A model generated the notes under the pieces. It ran no database searches. It saw nothing but the letters and a program-made list of their open reading frames with translations, and was not told where the DNA came from. A stretch of 64,000 nucleotides of DNA from Psilocybe cubensis (lineage: Eukaryota): the NCBI GenBank assembly GCA_017499595.2, contig CM039010.1, positions 558,001 through 622,000 of the forward strand, written 5' to 3'. The position numbers were made by a program, and so were the translations under genes. Each line of letters opens with the position of its first letter. The first letter of the stretch is position 1. Shown here piece after piece: positions 13,215-25,549 of this stretch.

Positions 13215-14249
13215 AAGAATTAACTCACAGATTTCCATTCCTTTTTTGCACACATGTATTTACGGACATTCCTTATCACTTCCAACAGAAATGACGGCAC
13301 GTTTACGGTTGCGACTATCGTCTGGTCGGGCGTCGCAATTATGCATCATAGTCCCAGTCGATTTCTGTATTCATTCGTTATATTCGATGATAAGATGGCT
13401 ATTTTCTACGCTTTCGATTTACTATTCGTTAATTCAGGGTTCTAGAGCCGAGGCAAGCGATTTTCCTGGGACGCCTCGTACACATCACACAAACCAAGCC
13501 AAACGGCCTAAATTAATCTTCTAAAATTATAGGCTCTTTAGACGTCATGGTCAGCCGTGGATTGGAAATGAAACATTGGAACCTATTTCGAACCATCGCC
13601 AACAATCATCTTATTTTTTCTTTTTATTTCTCCTCTACGCCGTCTATTTTCTTCTCGGAAGCTTGGATAGGCTATCGTATTTCAGGGCCCTCTCAACGAT
13701 CAAATTCCCACCTGCCTGCTCATTACCCGCAACCCCACCTCTAGTGGCGGTGTGAGAGCTTTTCTAAATTAGCTATGTCATGACAGTGACAGGCGGGAGC
13801 GAGACCGGCTTTTCTCAGGCCTTGTTCTTTCTGCTTCCTAGCTTCCAGCATGACTGCCACATGTTTGAGCTGACAGCCAGAGGACTACTGATTGATATAG
13901 TATAGTCAGAGAGGCGAATTGAACGGAAAACAGCTCTCCCCCCGTCTGCCCATTCAATATTTGACTTGTAAGGTATGCAATAACGTTTATTCCTATTGGG
14001 AGAAGGAAGGCGTTATTCGTGACCTTTTTCGCTGTTGACCGAAGTAACCACGCTACAGGTTTCGCTTAAAGTCTGCGTCTCGGAGATTTTGGTGCTCGTT
14101 TGATTGTCACTCTGATTTGATGGCTTCAGGTATTTCAGGACACATACTGCATTTTTGATCTATATAAGAACCATCCGACAACCGCGAAGGCGTATTTCCC
14201 TGTACTCCGGTTACGGCTTTGACTCTGTTATCTCTTTATCCACCTCGTC

Positions 14250-16201
14250 ATGTCCAGCAGTACATCGGACCATAAAACAAAGGCTTCTATAGAGTTGAAG
14301 GTCATTGTAGTTGGAGCAGGCATTGGAGGTGAGGCTTTGTACAACGATTTTTCTATCCGCAGCTTATCCGGTGGATCCGAACCTCAGGACTCGCGGCGGC
14401 GTATGCTTTACGATGTGCGGGCCACAATGTGACGATAGTGGACAAAAAGTTTGGAAGACCGCAGGTACGTATCCTAAGTGGCTGCTGTTCTAAGCGCGTC
14501 CTCAACGTTATCAGTTAAAAAGTCAGGGTGTTTCCCAGTGAGTGCCAAGGAGGGGGATGACGATGATCGACCTTCTCTCAATGCCACACCTCACAGCTCA
14601 CCTCCAAACATGACAAAAATTCTCTGCAAATGGGGCATGGATGTTCTGATGGAAGGAGAAGCTCAGACATACAACTCGCTAGTGATGCGGAAAGGTATGC
14701 TAGCCTTTTCTACTGAGCTCACGAGGCCTAGCTGAACCGAGGATGAAGGGCAGCTGGGTGATCTAATCGGGATTATGCATTTCGACAAGGATTTCCTTCA
14801 CGATCTTTGTGCAAATTATATGGTCGTCAGAGTGAGTGGGGTGTCGTTTGCCGTCTGCGCGCTGTCGCCAACTTCTCCCAGGTCCAGAAGCTGGAGGACA
14901 TATTGCTGTCCATGATTCGCGAGGAGGGTGTCAACGTGCTATCAGCGACTGTGACCGACATGCAGAGTTCCCCTGATGACGCCACCATCATGCTTGACGA
15001 CGGCAAGAGCATGTCCGCCGACCTCATGATTTGCGCGGACGGGTACGACAGCAAGTTCAAATCGGTCGTCACTGGCGTGGAAGACGACGAAGACCAACTC
15101 ACGCCACCAAAATCACATTTACTCTTCTCATGGACCTTGCCGATGGACGTTATCCGCCAAGATAAAGTTCTGCAATACAACACGGATCCTGCACAGGTAT
15201 GAGATCTGTTCCCCCTGGATAATTTTTTGCCGACTCAGTCGAAATGTTGCTTGCAGTGGCAAGTATGGCAAGTTTGGAACGGACCTGGATATATTTTCCA
15301 CTTGAACGCTCCCGTGAGTATTTTCTAGGACAGTTGGCAACTTCACTCACGAATTCTGACATTGTGTAGGCAGGGGAGAAATATCTTTCGATGACAATGT
15401 CAGCAGACTACAATCGAGAAATCCACCCAGGAGACGAAGTCTGGGAAAACCGTACTCTCGATTATTGGGGTATTGATGTAAATGCTTACGAGCCTCGGTA
15501 CGAGCAGTTCCTTGACTGTAATCGAATGTCACACTGATAAGACAAAACCCTTAGGATCAAAACATTGCTAAGCCTCACCAAGTACGTAACTTCAAGAGCG
15601 TTGATATCACGGCCGCCCTTGGAGGATCTAGTGTGTGAGAACTCAAGAATAGCCTTGGTTGGGGATGCTGCGCACCCAATGCTGGTGGGAATGGTCTTAT
15701 ATCCTTTATGTTCGATTTACTTAATGGCTTCCCTTTATACAGTTTGGAAGTAATCATCATCTAGGTCTATCATTTGAAGATGCAGAAACCCTCCGATGTC
15801 TATTTTCGCGCATCCGGCATCCCGATCAGATATCAAACTTCTTGGCTGCATTCGAAGAAATACGATTACCCCGAAATGCTTATTTAGTCGAATTCGACCG
15901 CCAATTCCATCTGAACATGAAAGTAGATAATGGGCCTCAGCGAGACCAGTTACACGCTGTACTTAGCCAGGGTATGGCTCATGGAGACTGGGATCACATG
16001 GACGAAGGAAGTTTTAGAGCGGTGTGGGGTGAGGAGCTGAACACGTACACATACGACGCTTCGGAGCAAGTTGACGATTGGTTTACAAAATGGGGAACCA
16101 TGATGTCGAAAAATTCGGAAGATGCAAAAGATGCCCCCAAGACCCCATCGTCGATCCCAGGCCTTCACCGTGTATCAATCAGTCAGTTTGATCATCCTTG
16201 A
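14250..16201 (+). CDS. FAD-dependent monooxygenase, copy B, 10 exons, intact
   Basis: VIVVGAGIGG, MICADGYDS, IALVGDAAHPML. Intron positions and phases match copy A. Confidence 0.9.
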
Positions 16202-17048
16202 TTCGATCATTCCCAGATTGCTACAGTTATCAATTACCTCACAGGCATGCCTTACTCTCATCCCATCAGGGTGTCCACATTAGACGGATAACAGGTGGTC
16301 GTCGTGACTACTAAGAGATCTTAGAGGTGGACCGCAGATCATAAGTGACGACTGGACATTATTTTGTGTATCAATAGTTCTATCAACCTCATTCGACGAC
16401 GGTACTTAAAATTCTAGGGTGGCGTGATATGTAGTGTAGCCGCTCGTGAGTCCCTTTATTTTATCATGGCGAAAACTGTCTTGTGTTGTGCATAAGTTTT
16501 TAACTATCATTGCATGCCAACTAGTGTGTGACGGACTGCATTCTGGCAGTGTAGGTTCACGCAATCGGTAAAAAGTTTGGTAAGATTTGCAGTGTTGCAC
16601 ACCGCATGTGCAAATTCTGAGGTTTGTGATCATTCAAAGCCTTGCAATGGTCGATTTCCGATTGCGCTACTTGCAGTCTAGCGCAACATCAACCTCCATT
16701 ATAAAAACCAACTCTACATCAACATAGGCGCTTCCCTTCCATAAGATTATATCGTGGCTGCAACTGAGATGCTTGGTGGTATGTTCAGCGCTAGTTCAAT
16801 TCACTTATTTACAGCCTTCAAGACATTGTGAATCTCCCTTTCGGTCGCGCGGCTAAAACGCAACTCCTACAATCATAAGAGGCAGTTCGTTATAGAAAAT
16901 ATGGCGCCCAAGACGATGATGAAGGGGTGAATCTCCGATATGTTGATTGCTTCATGATGATTCTATTATTATGCCCAACCTCGAAAGATATATATACCAT
17001 AGGGATATGCAAGAGATGATTTCCTTGCTTCCCGCCTCCAAGTCTTCC

Positions 17049-18962
17049 ATGAATGTTAATTTAAAGAACCAACTTCAGGCAGGCTTACGTTTGCAGATTG
17101 TGGTTATAGGTGGCGGTATTGCAGGCTCGTATTTGGGATTACCGCCTATTATTCTCAACTAATTAACGGATTTTGGCTCTTTGACAGGCTTGGCAGCAGC
17201 GTATGCTTTGTCGCGTGCAGGGCTAATGTTGTGATGATTGTACGAAAGGACAATGACACTCAGGTCTGTAAGAAGCAACCGCATTTTAACTCAGAACTGC
17301 AATAACACCAATATTCTTCAGAGCGTTATGACGGGAGTTACTCAGTAAGCGTTGTATTTCTCAACATTGTGGTTAACAAAGCTTACCACCGCAAAGATCG
17401 CCTCCAAATATGACCAGGATACTCTATAAATGGGGCGCAAAACCTTTCTTGGATCAGCTGTCGGGTAGAACTGAATTTCTCTGTATCTGCGAAATGGTAC
17501 TTATTCTCACCCAAAATGATTCTCTCTGTACTACATCATTTTTTTTCCTTTAGGGTGTCGAGAGGAGATAATCGGAATTATGGACTATGTCGAACCTGAA
17601 TTCATTCGCGATCAGGCCGCCGAGTTTCGTTTTCTTCGAGTATGTTCTGCGACGTTGCTTTTAGTCCCTGTCAAGGTGTTTCTGATGCTTGCTAGACTCA
17701 GGCATTGAAAAATATACTTCAACTATTTGTGAACAATGAGGCAATCACTGTAGTTTCCGGGACCGTTAGCAGCATAACAATAGCATCCGATAACATGACA
17801 ACTCAAGTCACAGTCGGAGATGGGAGGATTTTCAACGCCGACTTTGTCGTTTGCGCAGATGGATACGACAGTGCTCTTAATGATATGGGTGTCACCGGTA
17901 GTGAAAGAGAAGAGTATGACACTCTTGGGTGGCCGGCTTCACATTTAGCAATGACGTTTGCATTACCCACTAAAACAGTGAGGCGGGATGAAGCGCTGTG
18001 CAATATATTTCGATCCTCCAAACATGTGAGTATCTGGATTTCCGGGCACGATGTCTTCGCACGGCCTTCAAGATCATGCACTGATTAAATTTTATGTGAA
18101 AGTGGAACGTATGGGCGGGACCTGGATATATCTTGCATGCAAATATCTCTGTGAGTAGCTTCAACCCATCATCCGTCAAAAGCGATTTATTCATCTCCTA
18201 ACTTCAAGGATGAAAGCGAACTCGTGTGTGTCACGATAACTGCGAACTATAACAGAGAAATCTTCGAGGGTGACCAGACATGGCAACTCCGTCCACTTGA
18301 ATACTGGAATATAGATCTTGGCTTGTTTGAGCCTCGGTATGTCCTCTGACATGAAAGAGATGACAGAAAGGCTTAAGATGGCAAGCATTTTAGAGTCAAG
18401 AAATTATTGGAACTCGCTGGATCCGTGTCTTCCAGAATCTTCGTTAGAAAACCCATGCTAGACGAGTTAGTCTGCACAAATTCGAGAGTCGTTCTTGTGG
18501 GAGATGCTGCGCATCCTATATTGGTCAGTAAAATCAAACATATTGACGCTCGCCGTATGTTAATACCTTTTTGCTACACCGCAGCCTGGAGGAAATCAAC
18601 ACATTGGCCTGGATATTGAAGAGGCGGAGACTTTAAGATGTCTGTTTTCTCGCATTGAGCACCGCAACCAGATACCTGATTTCCTGGTGGCGTATGAGGA
18701 TATACGCCTACCTCGTACATCACATATAGTCGAATATGAAAGAGGAATGCACCTGATGCTGCAGATGCCGGATGGGCCGCAACAAGAAGCTCGGGACGTG
18801 ACGTTGAAAAAAGTGATGGCTGGCGACTGGGATCATATGGATGAGGAGCTTTTCAGAGCAATATTTGGAGAGGAATTCCAACAATATAGCTGTGATGCTA
18901 CTGAAGAAGTCGAAGATTGGTGGACAAAATGGGGGGGCAGTGATCTCGAAGAGTGCAATTGA
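17049..18962 (+). pseudogene. FAD-dependent monooxygenase, copy C, probable pseudogene with three frameshifts
   Basis: Compared with copy D: a 1-nt deletion at 17223/17224 (GGG CAT to GGG CT) gives TGA at 17232-17234; a +2 CT insertion at about 17479-17482; a +1 G in the G7 run 18931-18937. GGGIAG, ADGYDS and GDAAH motifs are still present. Confidence 0.8.
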
Positions 18963-19367
18963 GCAGGTATGTTAATATTAACCCGCAAATATCGGTGAAG
19001 GTCAATATCCTTCGCTTTGGAATATCCAGAAATCTGTACGGTCACCTCCATCAAAGAGAAGTTTCTACAATGTAAGTACATAATCTAGGTGACAGAGATA
19101 AATTGTAGTACATTCAGCATAAATTTAAATCATTTGTCTCTTATCTGGAAAATTCTTTTAGGGCTGCACGGCTGAAGTGCGCAGCTCCTGCAATCGTAAG
19201 AGGCAGTTCGCAGTAGTGTATATGGTCCGAGAAGGTGATGAAAGAGAAATCTTTAGATGTTGATTGCTTTCATGATGAACCTATTATTATACCAAACTTC
19301 GAAGAATACAAATACAATAGATGTATCCAAGAAGTGACTTCAGCTCTCACCCGCTCTCAAGTCATTC

Positions 19368-21259
19368 ATGACTGCTAGTCAGAGGTCCCAACGTCAGGTA
19401 GGAGTACGTTTGAAGATAGTCGTCATAGGTGGAGGAATTTCAGGCCAGTTGAATCGTATAACGCAGCCTGTAACCTACTGATGTAAAGATTTGCACCTCG
19501 ACAGGTTTAGCAGCAGCGTATGCGTTGTCCAGCACTGGGCATGATGTTGTGATGATAGTTCGAGAGAGAAAAAAGTGCCAGGTTTGTCGCAGTTCTAGAA
19601 GCAGCGCAAATTGACGCCCATATTCTCTTTAGAGCATGGGAATTACTCAGTAAGTGTCAGACATGGTGGGGGCGGAACGTACAGCTGATAGTCCATATGT
19701 TCAAGGTCCCCTCCAAATATGACCAGGATTCTCTATCGATGGGGTTTGAAAGCATTCATGGATCAAGTATCGGAAAAGACTGGATGTCTGTATTTGAGAA
19801 ATGGTATTAAGTCTGGCTCGAAATAATTCTTCTCTTTTCACCTGAATAATTTTGTCTTCGTTTAGGGAGTCGAGAGGGCTTGATTGGGACTATAAACTAT
19901 GACGATGAACTCCTACAAGATCAAATCTCTGAATTTCGTTTTCTTCGAGTATGTCCTGTCCCCTGCTCCACGTACGAGTGGTGTTTCTAAAATTTGTTGG
20001 CAGACTCAGACACTGGAAGACAAACTGCAAGAATTAGTAGACAATGAGGCGATTAGGGTCATTTTCGGAACCGTCATCAACATTACAACTGTTCCTAATA
20101 TGCCAGCCAAAGTCATAGTTGGAGAGGGCAGCATTATCAATGCTGATTTTGTCATCTGCGCAGATGGGTATGATAGCGCTTTCAAAGACTTTGCCGATTG
20201 TGAGATAGAGGAAGGCGGTCCCAGCTGGCCAAATGCACATCTAGTATTGGCTTTCGCAATCCCCATCAGCGCTGTGAGGGAGGATGAAGCGCTGAGGAGC
20301 GTGTTCCAATCTTCCACACAGGTAAATATCGGGGGTCTCGACCTGAGTTCCAACATCTTCAAGGATGTGTACTGAATTACCTTCTACTAAAGTGGAACAT
20401 ATGGGTAGGAAACGGGTTTGTCGTGCATGCAAATGTATCTGTAAGTGTCACATAATGAACTATGCCGAAAATGATCAGCTTACTTCTCGACTTCAAGGAC
20501 GGAGGTGAATTCGTGCGTGCCACGATGACCGCCAACTACAATCGAGATATCTTCTTGGGTGACCAAACGTGGAAAGTTCGACGTCTTGAATACTGGGGCA
20601 TAGATTTCGATTTGTTCGAGCCTCGGTAAGTTCTTCACATACTGGAGATAGCAAAAACTGAGGTCGACGAAAATTTCAGAGTCAAGAAGCTATTGAGTCT
20701 CGCTGAATCAGTTTCTTCTAGGGTCTTCATGGGAAGACCCGTGTTAAACGAGCTAGTCTGCGTAAATTCGAAAATTGTCCTTGTGGGAGATGCTGCACAC
20801 CCAATTTTGGTCAGTAGACCAATAAATATTAGTACCTACTTGATGCTGAGAACGCTTTTCCCATTTCAGCCTGGAGGTAATCAGCATATTGCCTTAGCTA
20901 TTGAAGAAGCGGAGACTCTGAGGTGCATCTTCACTCGCATTCAGCACCGGAGCCAAATACCAGAATTACTGGTAGCATATGAAGAGATACGGCTTCCCCG
21001 CACTTCACATATAATCAAATACGAAAGAGGCATGCACTTGATGATGAAGATACCTAACGGTCCACAGCAAGAAGAGCGCGACGCGAAGCTGAAACAGGTG
21101 ATGGCTGGAGACTGGGATCATATGGATGAGGAATTATTCAGAGCAATCTTTGGGGAGGAATTCCAACAATATAGCCATGATGCTACTGAGGAAGTCGAAG
21201 ATTGGTGGACAAAATGGGGGCCGGTAATTTCGAAGAGGGTACTTGACCGGGAGTGCTGA
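19368..21259 (+). CDS. FAD-dependent monooxygenase, copy D, 10 exons, intact if intron 1 is GC-AG
   Basis: IVVIGGGISG, VICADGYDS, IVLVGDAAHPIL. Same exon layout as A and B. Intron 1 (19444-19504) begins GCCAGT. Confidence 0.87.
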
Positions 21260-21457
21260 TATGAACGCGAAAATTGCTAGGCATGTCAGTATCCTTTACT
21301 CAGAGATACGTAGCTGCCCGAGAGGTTACTTACTCCATGATTGTTTGCTTATTTCTTTGCAGTCGTCTTCTGTGTTCATCTTCATCAATAATTATATTCA
21401 GTGATACAATAGAGAAGCGGAGGCTGAAACATAGATACAACATAAGATACATATCCT

Positions 21458-23351
21458 CTATTCGGAGGGGTCATCTCCTTCACCATCATTATCGTCTTCA
21501 TCTGTGTTTCCGTCCTCACCTCCAGTGACTGTCATCATGTCATTAAGGCTATACACAGAGGTCAGTCCATTGGCGACAAAGCACGCGCGGAAATCTCACC
21601 AATGAACAAAAGGTTGCACCACCCTTGCGACCATCGCCAAACTTTCCTTGAAATTAGGGGCGAGCACTTCGGAATCTGTGAAACTACAAAATATTCCAAG
21701 TCAGCTGTCCATCCCATCCTCTAAAATCAGGGTTGAGAGCTATAATCTACTCACTGATGTGAAACACAGAATGAACGGCATTTGAGGAGATCGATGTCCC
21801 TGCGAAAAACATATCGTAAACGCGTGTCTGGCCACGTTGCTCAAATTCAGGCTCACTTATGATCTTTCGCAACTGCTTTGGGCGCAGTTTTCAACTCATC
21901 TTCGAATCCGAAGATGTTCTGGCTTTCACCTTTCGGATGAGGCTTTGCAGGTCCAAAGAATTTTACAAAGTCAGGCGCAGATATGACATTGCGCAGCCGA
22001 CGTGGGTTTCTTTGGATGTTGGCCCTAGGAAATTACGTTTTCAGCGCTGTTCATTGGCTTGTGCAAAGTAAATGAGGCCTATAACATACCTAATCGTCGC
22101 AAGTTCGTTACGTCCCGGCTGCCAACTGCCTGCTGCAATCATACTGTGCCCACCAGGACTAACTAAGATGATGCGGCTATCAGTCAGTTAATTGGCCTCA
22201 AGTCATTTTTTTCAGGGAAAACAACAAACCTGAGCTAGATAAACATAGATCCGACGAGAGGAAATTCCGTCAACTACCACTAAAAAAGTTAACCGAGCGT
22301 GCACCTACATATGATCTGTTGAGATATAAATATAACCATCCAGTCAGCTGGTTGAGCACAATCCAGACAATTAAGCAGAATCTACGACGAACTGACAGTG
22401 TGCGAATATGCCTTTCCGTCCGCTTCGTGAGAAGCTTGCTGAGAAGCCTTTCTTGTAGGGAGTCTTGTCGTTACTGAATCGAATCTATCAATCGATTGTT
22501 AGTCGCGTTCACATTGGCAGCATCGCGAAAGGAAATTGAAGAAACAAACAGAAACTCACGTCCCGATATATGCGGTGAATGACGTCCTTTGGGGGGAGGT
22601 GAGGAATTTGAGGGTCGACTTCTGCGAGAATATCGGTGAAGGCTTCAACGAAGTGGTTCCATTCCTTTTCGGCAAGGCGATACACAGGTTCTGAAGATTA
22701 ACGAAACCGTGCTTGATGTTAGTTATTCGGGTGTGTGTCGAACGGGTATGGCGGGTACACAGACCATGTAATTTAAACCTGAAAAGATGGTAGGTGGGAT
22801 TAGGATAGAATGAAGGTATTGAATACGAAATAAATTAAATACCATTCTCGGTCGTTACATTCTGGTTTCTTGAGGTTACTGAGGAAGTCGAGCGTATTCT
22901 GTGATATCTGACCAGGGGGTACGTGGCCTGTTTTAGGTGCTTGAACCACAACACCAACAACCTCCTGCCCGTCTTCAAGCTCGTAATCGATTTCATCTTC
23001 ATCCCCTTTTTTCTTTTTGACTGCACGAGGTTTCTGGGGACTCCTACGACCCTTTTTTTTGACGGGTTTGGCGTCCGAGTCCGAATCCTCGTCTAGTGCA
23101 TCGCTGTCAAACGTCTTTTCCTCTTCTTCATCCTCGTCCTCGTGGATCTGTTTTCTCTTCTGTCCGCGCTTCACGGGTGTCTTTGCCTCCGAGTTGGTAA
23201 TATCGTCTGCTTCAGAATCGTTTTCTGAATTAATCTGAGCTGTCCTGACTTTTGCCTTGGTTGATTGTTTACGGGCCGATTTCCGTTCGGGTTTTGCACT
23301 CTGAGATGCACTAGTAGGTTCTTTTACTTTAGTACGCGTCTTATTCGACAT
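21458..23351 (-). CDS. DUF2461 (TIGR02453-type) conserved hypothetical protein with a long acidic/basic N-terminal tail
   Basis: TLDFLSNLKKPECNDREWFK, HRIYRDIRFSNDKTPYKKGFSASFSRSGRKG and YHISVSPGG..IAAGSWQPG are motifs characteristic of this family. Several micro-exons. Stop TAG at 21458-21460. Confidence 0.85.
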
Positions 23352-25057
23352 TACTTCGCGCCTTTGCGGGTAAATGAGTGTCCAATGGTCAAAGCTGGTC
23401 AAAGTCTTAAATGAAGGAGGTGTTTACCAGAATTGTCATCGGTGATGGCACCAACTTTGTCATTAGCGCGATAAGTCACGGGTAACATCCCGTGACGTTA
23501 GGAAATGTCACATATTTACCCCTGTTGTTGAGGCGCGAAACGAGGTCAATGGCAGCTTTAGCATCATGAAGGTCTACATCTCAGCTTTTGCCTGTATAGT
23601 TCAGTAGAGCTCGAAACACGACATTTCTGTCTAAAGGCTAAACCTAAACCATTCCCTATTGTCATAGAATCCCTTAGCTCCAATTGCTCGCCTAGCCTAT
23701 TCAGCCCAACGCCTACATATGTGACACCGGGACTGCCGATTAAACCTTTCTTTCTCAACGACCTAGAAACCCTGCAGGAATCCAGGATGTATGCGAATGT
23801 GCCGTACCGGTCTATGTAGGTCGCTGCATCAGGGCGAAGATAATAGTACCATAAGGACAACACAATGCGTTAAACGATGACAGGGAAGCACAACTTCATA
23901 CCCTCCGCAACATCGCATTAATTTATTGTCCGTCTTTGATCCTGTTCTTCCAGACCATTATTGCGAGAGCATGGGCGCTCCAGAGAGTTCTGGTTCTCGT
24001 CGAAACCCGGGGTATTAGTGCGTTTGGGCAAGTAGGTGACCATGCACATTGCACCGGGCATCGCCTAATAGCTCCCGCTTACTGTGGTCCTCGTAGCACT
24101 GGTGGTTGACCATCAAGCTTCGCTAGGCATTGAGGCGCCTGCTGACCTCCTCAACTTGCGCGACGGCATAGCACGTTCCGTCGTACCCCACCATACCCCA
24201 CAACGGATTTGATTGTGGGGTTGCCAAGCCTGGTGTAAGAATTTTTCAACAACACAAATAGCTCCTGCCTTGAGCGCTCAGTGCTGGGTGCATATCGGGT
24301 GCAGATTTACGTTTGCCGCGACATGTTTTTCGGAGATCTACAGGCAAGGAATCCGACTCCGTCTTCTTCCGCAATCAGTACGATTAAGCGCACCTTATGA
24401 TATTCAGTCAGGATACGCAACCATGTCGAATTCTCAGGGATGGGCAGTAACTTCCTTCGGTTCTTGCTATATTGTGTCCGAACACAAAAGAAAATGGTGT
24501 TGAACGTAACAATGTGAAGCGCCCATATCTGACAGTGTCTTCTTTGCGGCCTGCCGTCATCGGGAACTGTTTAAACGAGTGCTTACTTCTGGCATAGTTT
24601 CAAAAGATCATTTCATTAAGACTCCACCTTGGAATTGTTCTATATGTTGAGCTGCAAGGATGTACGGCTTTCGAATTGAGGGATGGGAAACTGTGACATC
24701 ATGGTGTTCCGTTCCGTTCTTTTTGCAAATCGGCCTTCCATCTTTTGCATACCTCGTTTCATAGATGAAGATAACGGTTGATGAAGCAAGGCTAACCCTT
24801 GTCGGATGTGAATACTACAGCCAACAGAGTGCCCGAGTAGCGGATGCTCATGTGTAAACGCCGCTCTCTTCCGCGACACCGCTCAATTGGGGGTAGATCG
24901 GTCCTCTTATTTGAAGACATTTCTTGCTTTTAAATCATTTGGTCTACTGTAGTACAAGTATAAGATACATTGACTTGGAATGAAGGGTAAGTTTGGTGCA
25001 AGTTACGACTTCATTGCAATTGATCAAGTGTGTCTGTTAGATTAAGCTCGCTGCCCC

Positions 25058-25154
25058 CTGGGGAGTTTCCGTCGGCTCCTCCGCCTTTGCTCCACGATGC
25101 GCCGGAGGAGCCAAGTACACCCGCTCTGCCGATGGTCCCTTTGATATTCCGGGG
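25058..25154. promoter_or_regulatory. Cluster of SYGGRG (CreA/Mig1-type) sites and a 10-bp inverted repeat upstream of ACS
   Basis: CTGGGG 25058-25063, GCGGAG on the minus strand 25079-25084, CCGGAG 25102-25107, CCGGGG 25149-25154. GGCTCCTCCG (25074-25083) pairs with CGGAGGAGCC (25103-25112). Confidence 0.4.
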
Positions 25155-25549
25155 TAATTTGTTTTATCGTAATGGGATAATTTCTTTGACGTGCTTTTAC
25201 ATCTAGCGCGTATTGCTCGTCCTTCAAGGCCTACTGGTTAAATCTGATGCAGCAGCTTTGTGATAAATGAAATCGATAACGCTAAACTGGGATTTTGACA
25301 AGTTCACCGCGATCTCATGGCCCTGGTAATAGACTGTCAAAGTTCAGGATGCCGATATGTTTGGGTTTTTTGAATTGCAAATGCAGAACATGTGCCAAGC
25401 TAAACATAGAAATTTACTTTGGCTGTGATCGGTCGCTCGATTTAGGAAGTGGCCCCTAATGGAATATCCATGGGACGGAGAGTGATTATAGAAAAGACCC
25501 CAACGCCTTAAATCGTCTTTCATCTTTCTGCCCCCACCAACTCCACACC

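Noticed and set aside
20693..21259. Apparent 20-aa insertion after GDAAHPIL in monooxygenase D
   Set aside because: It is an in-frame 60-nt intron at the same position as in the three paralogs.
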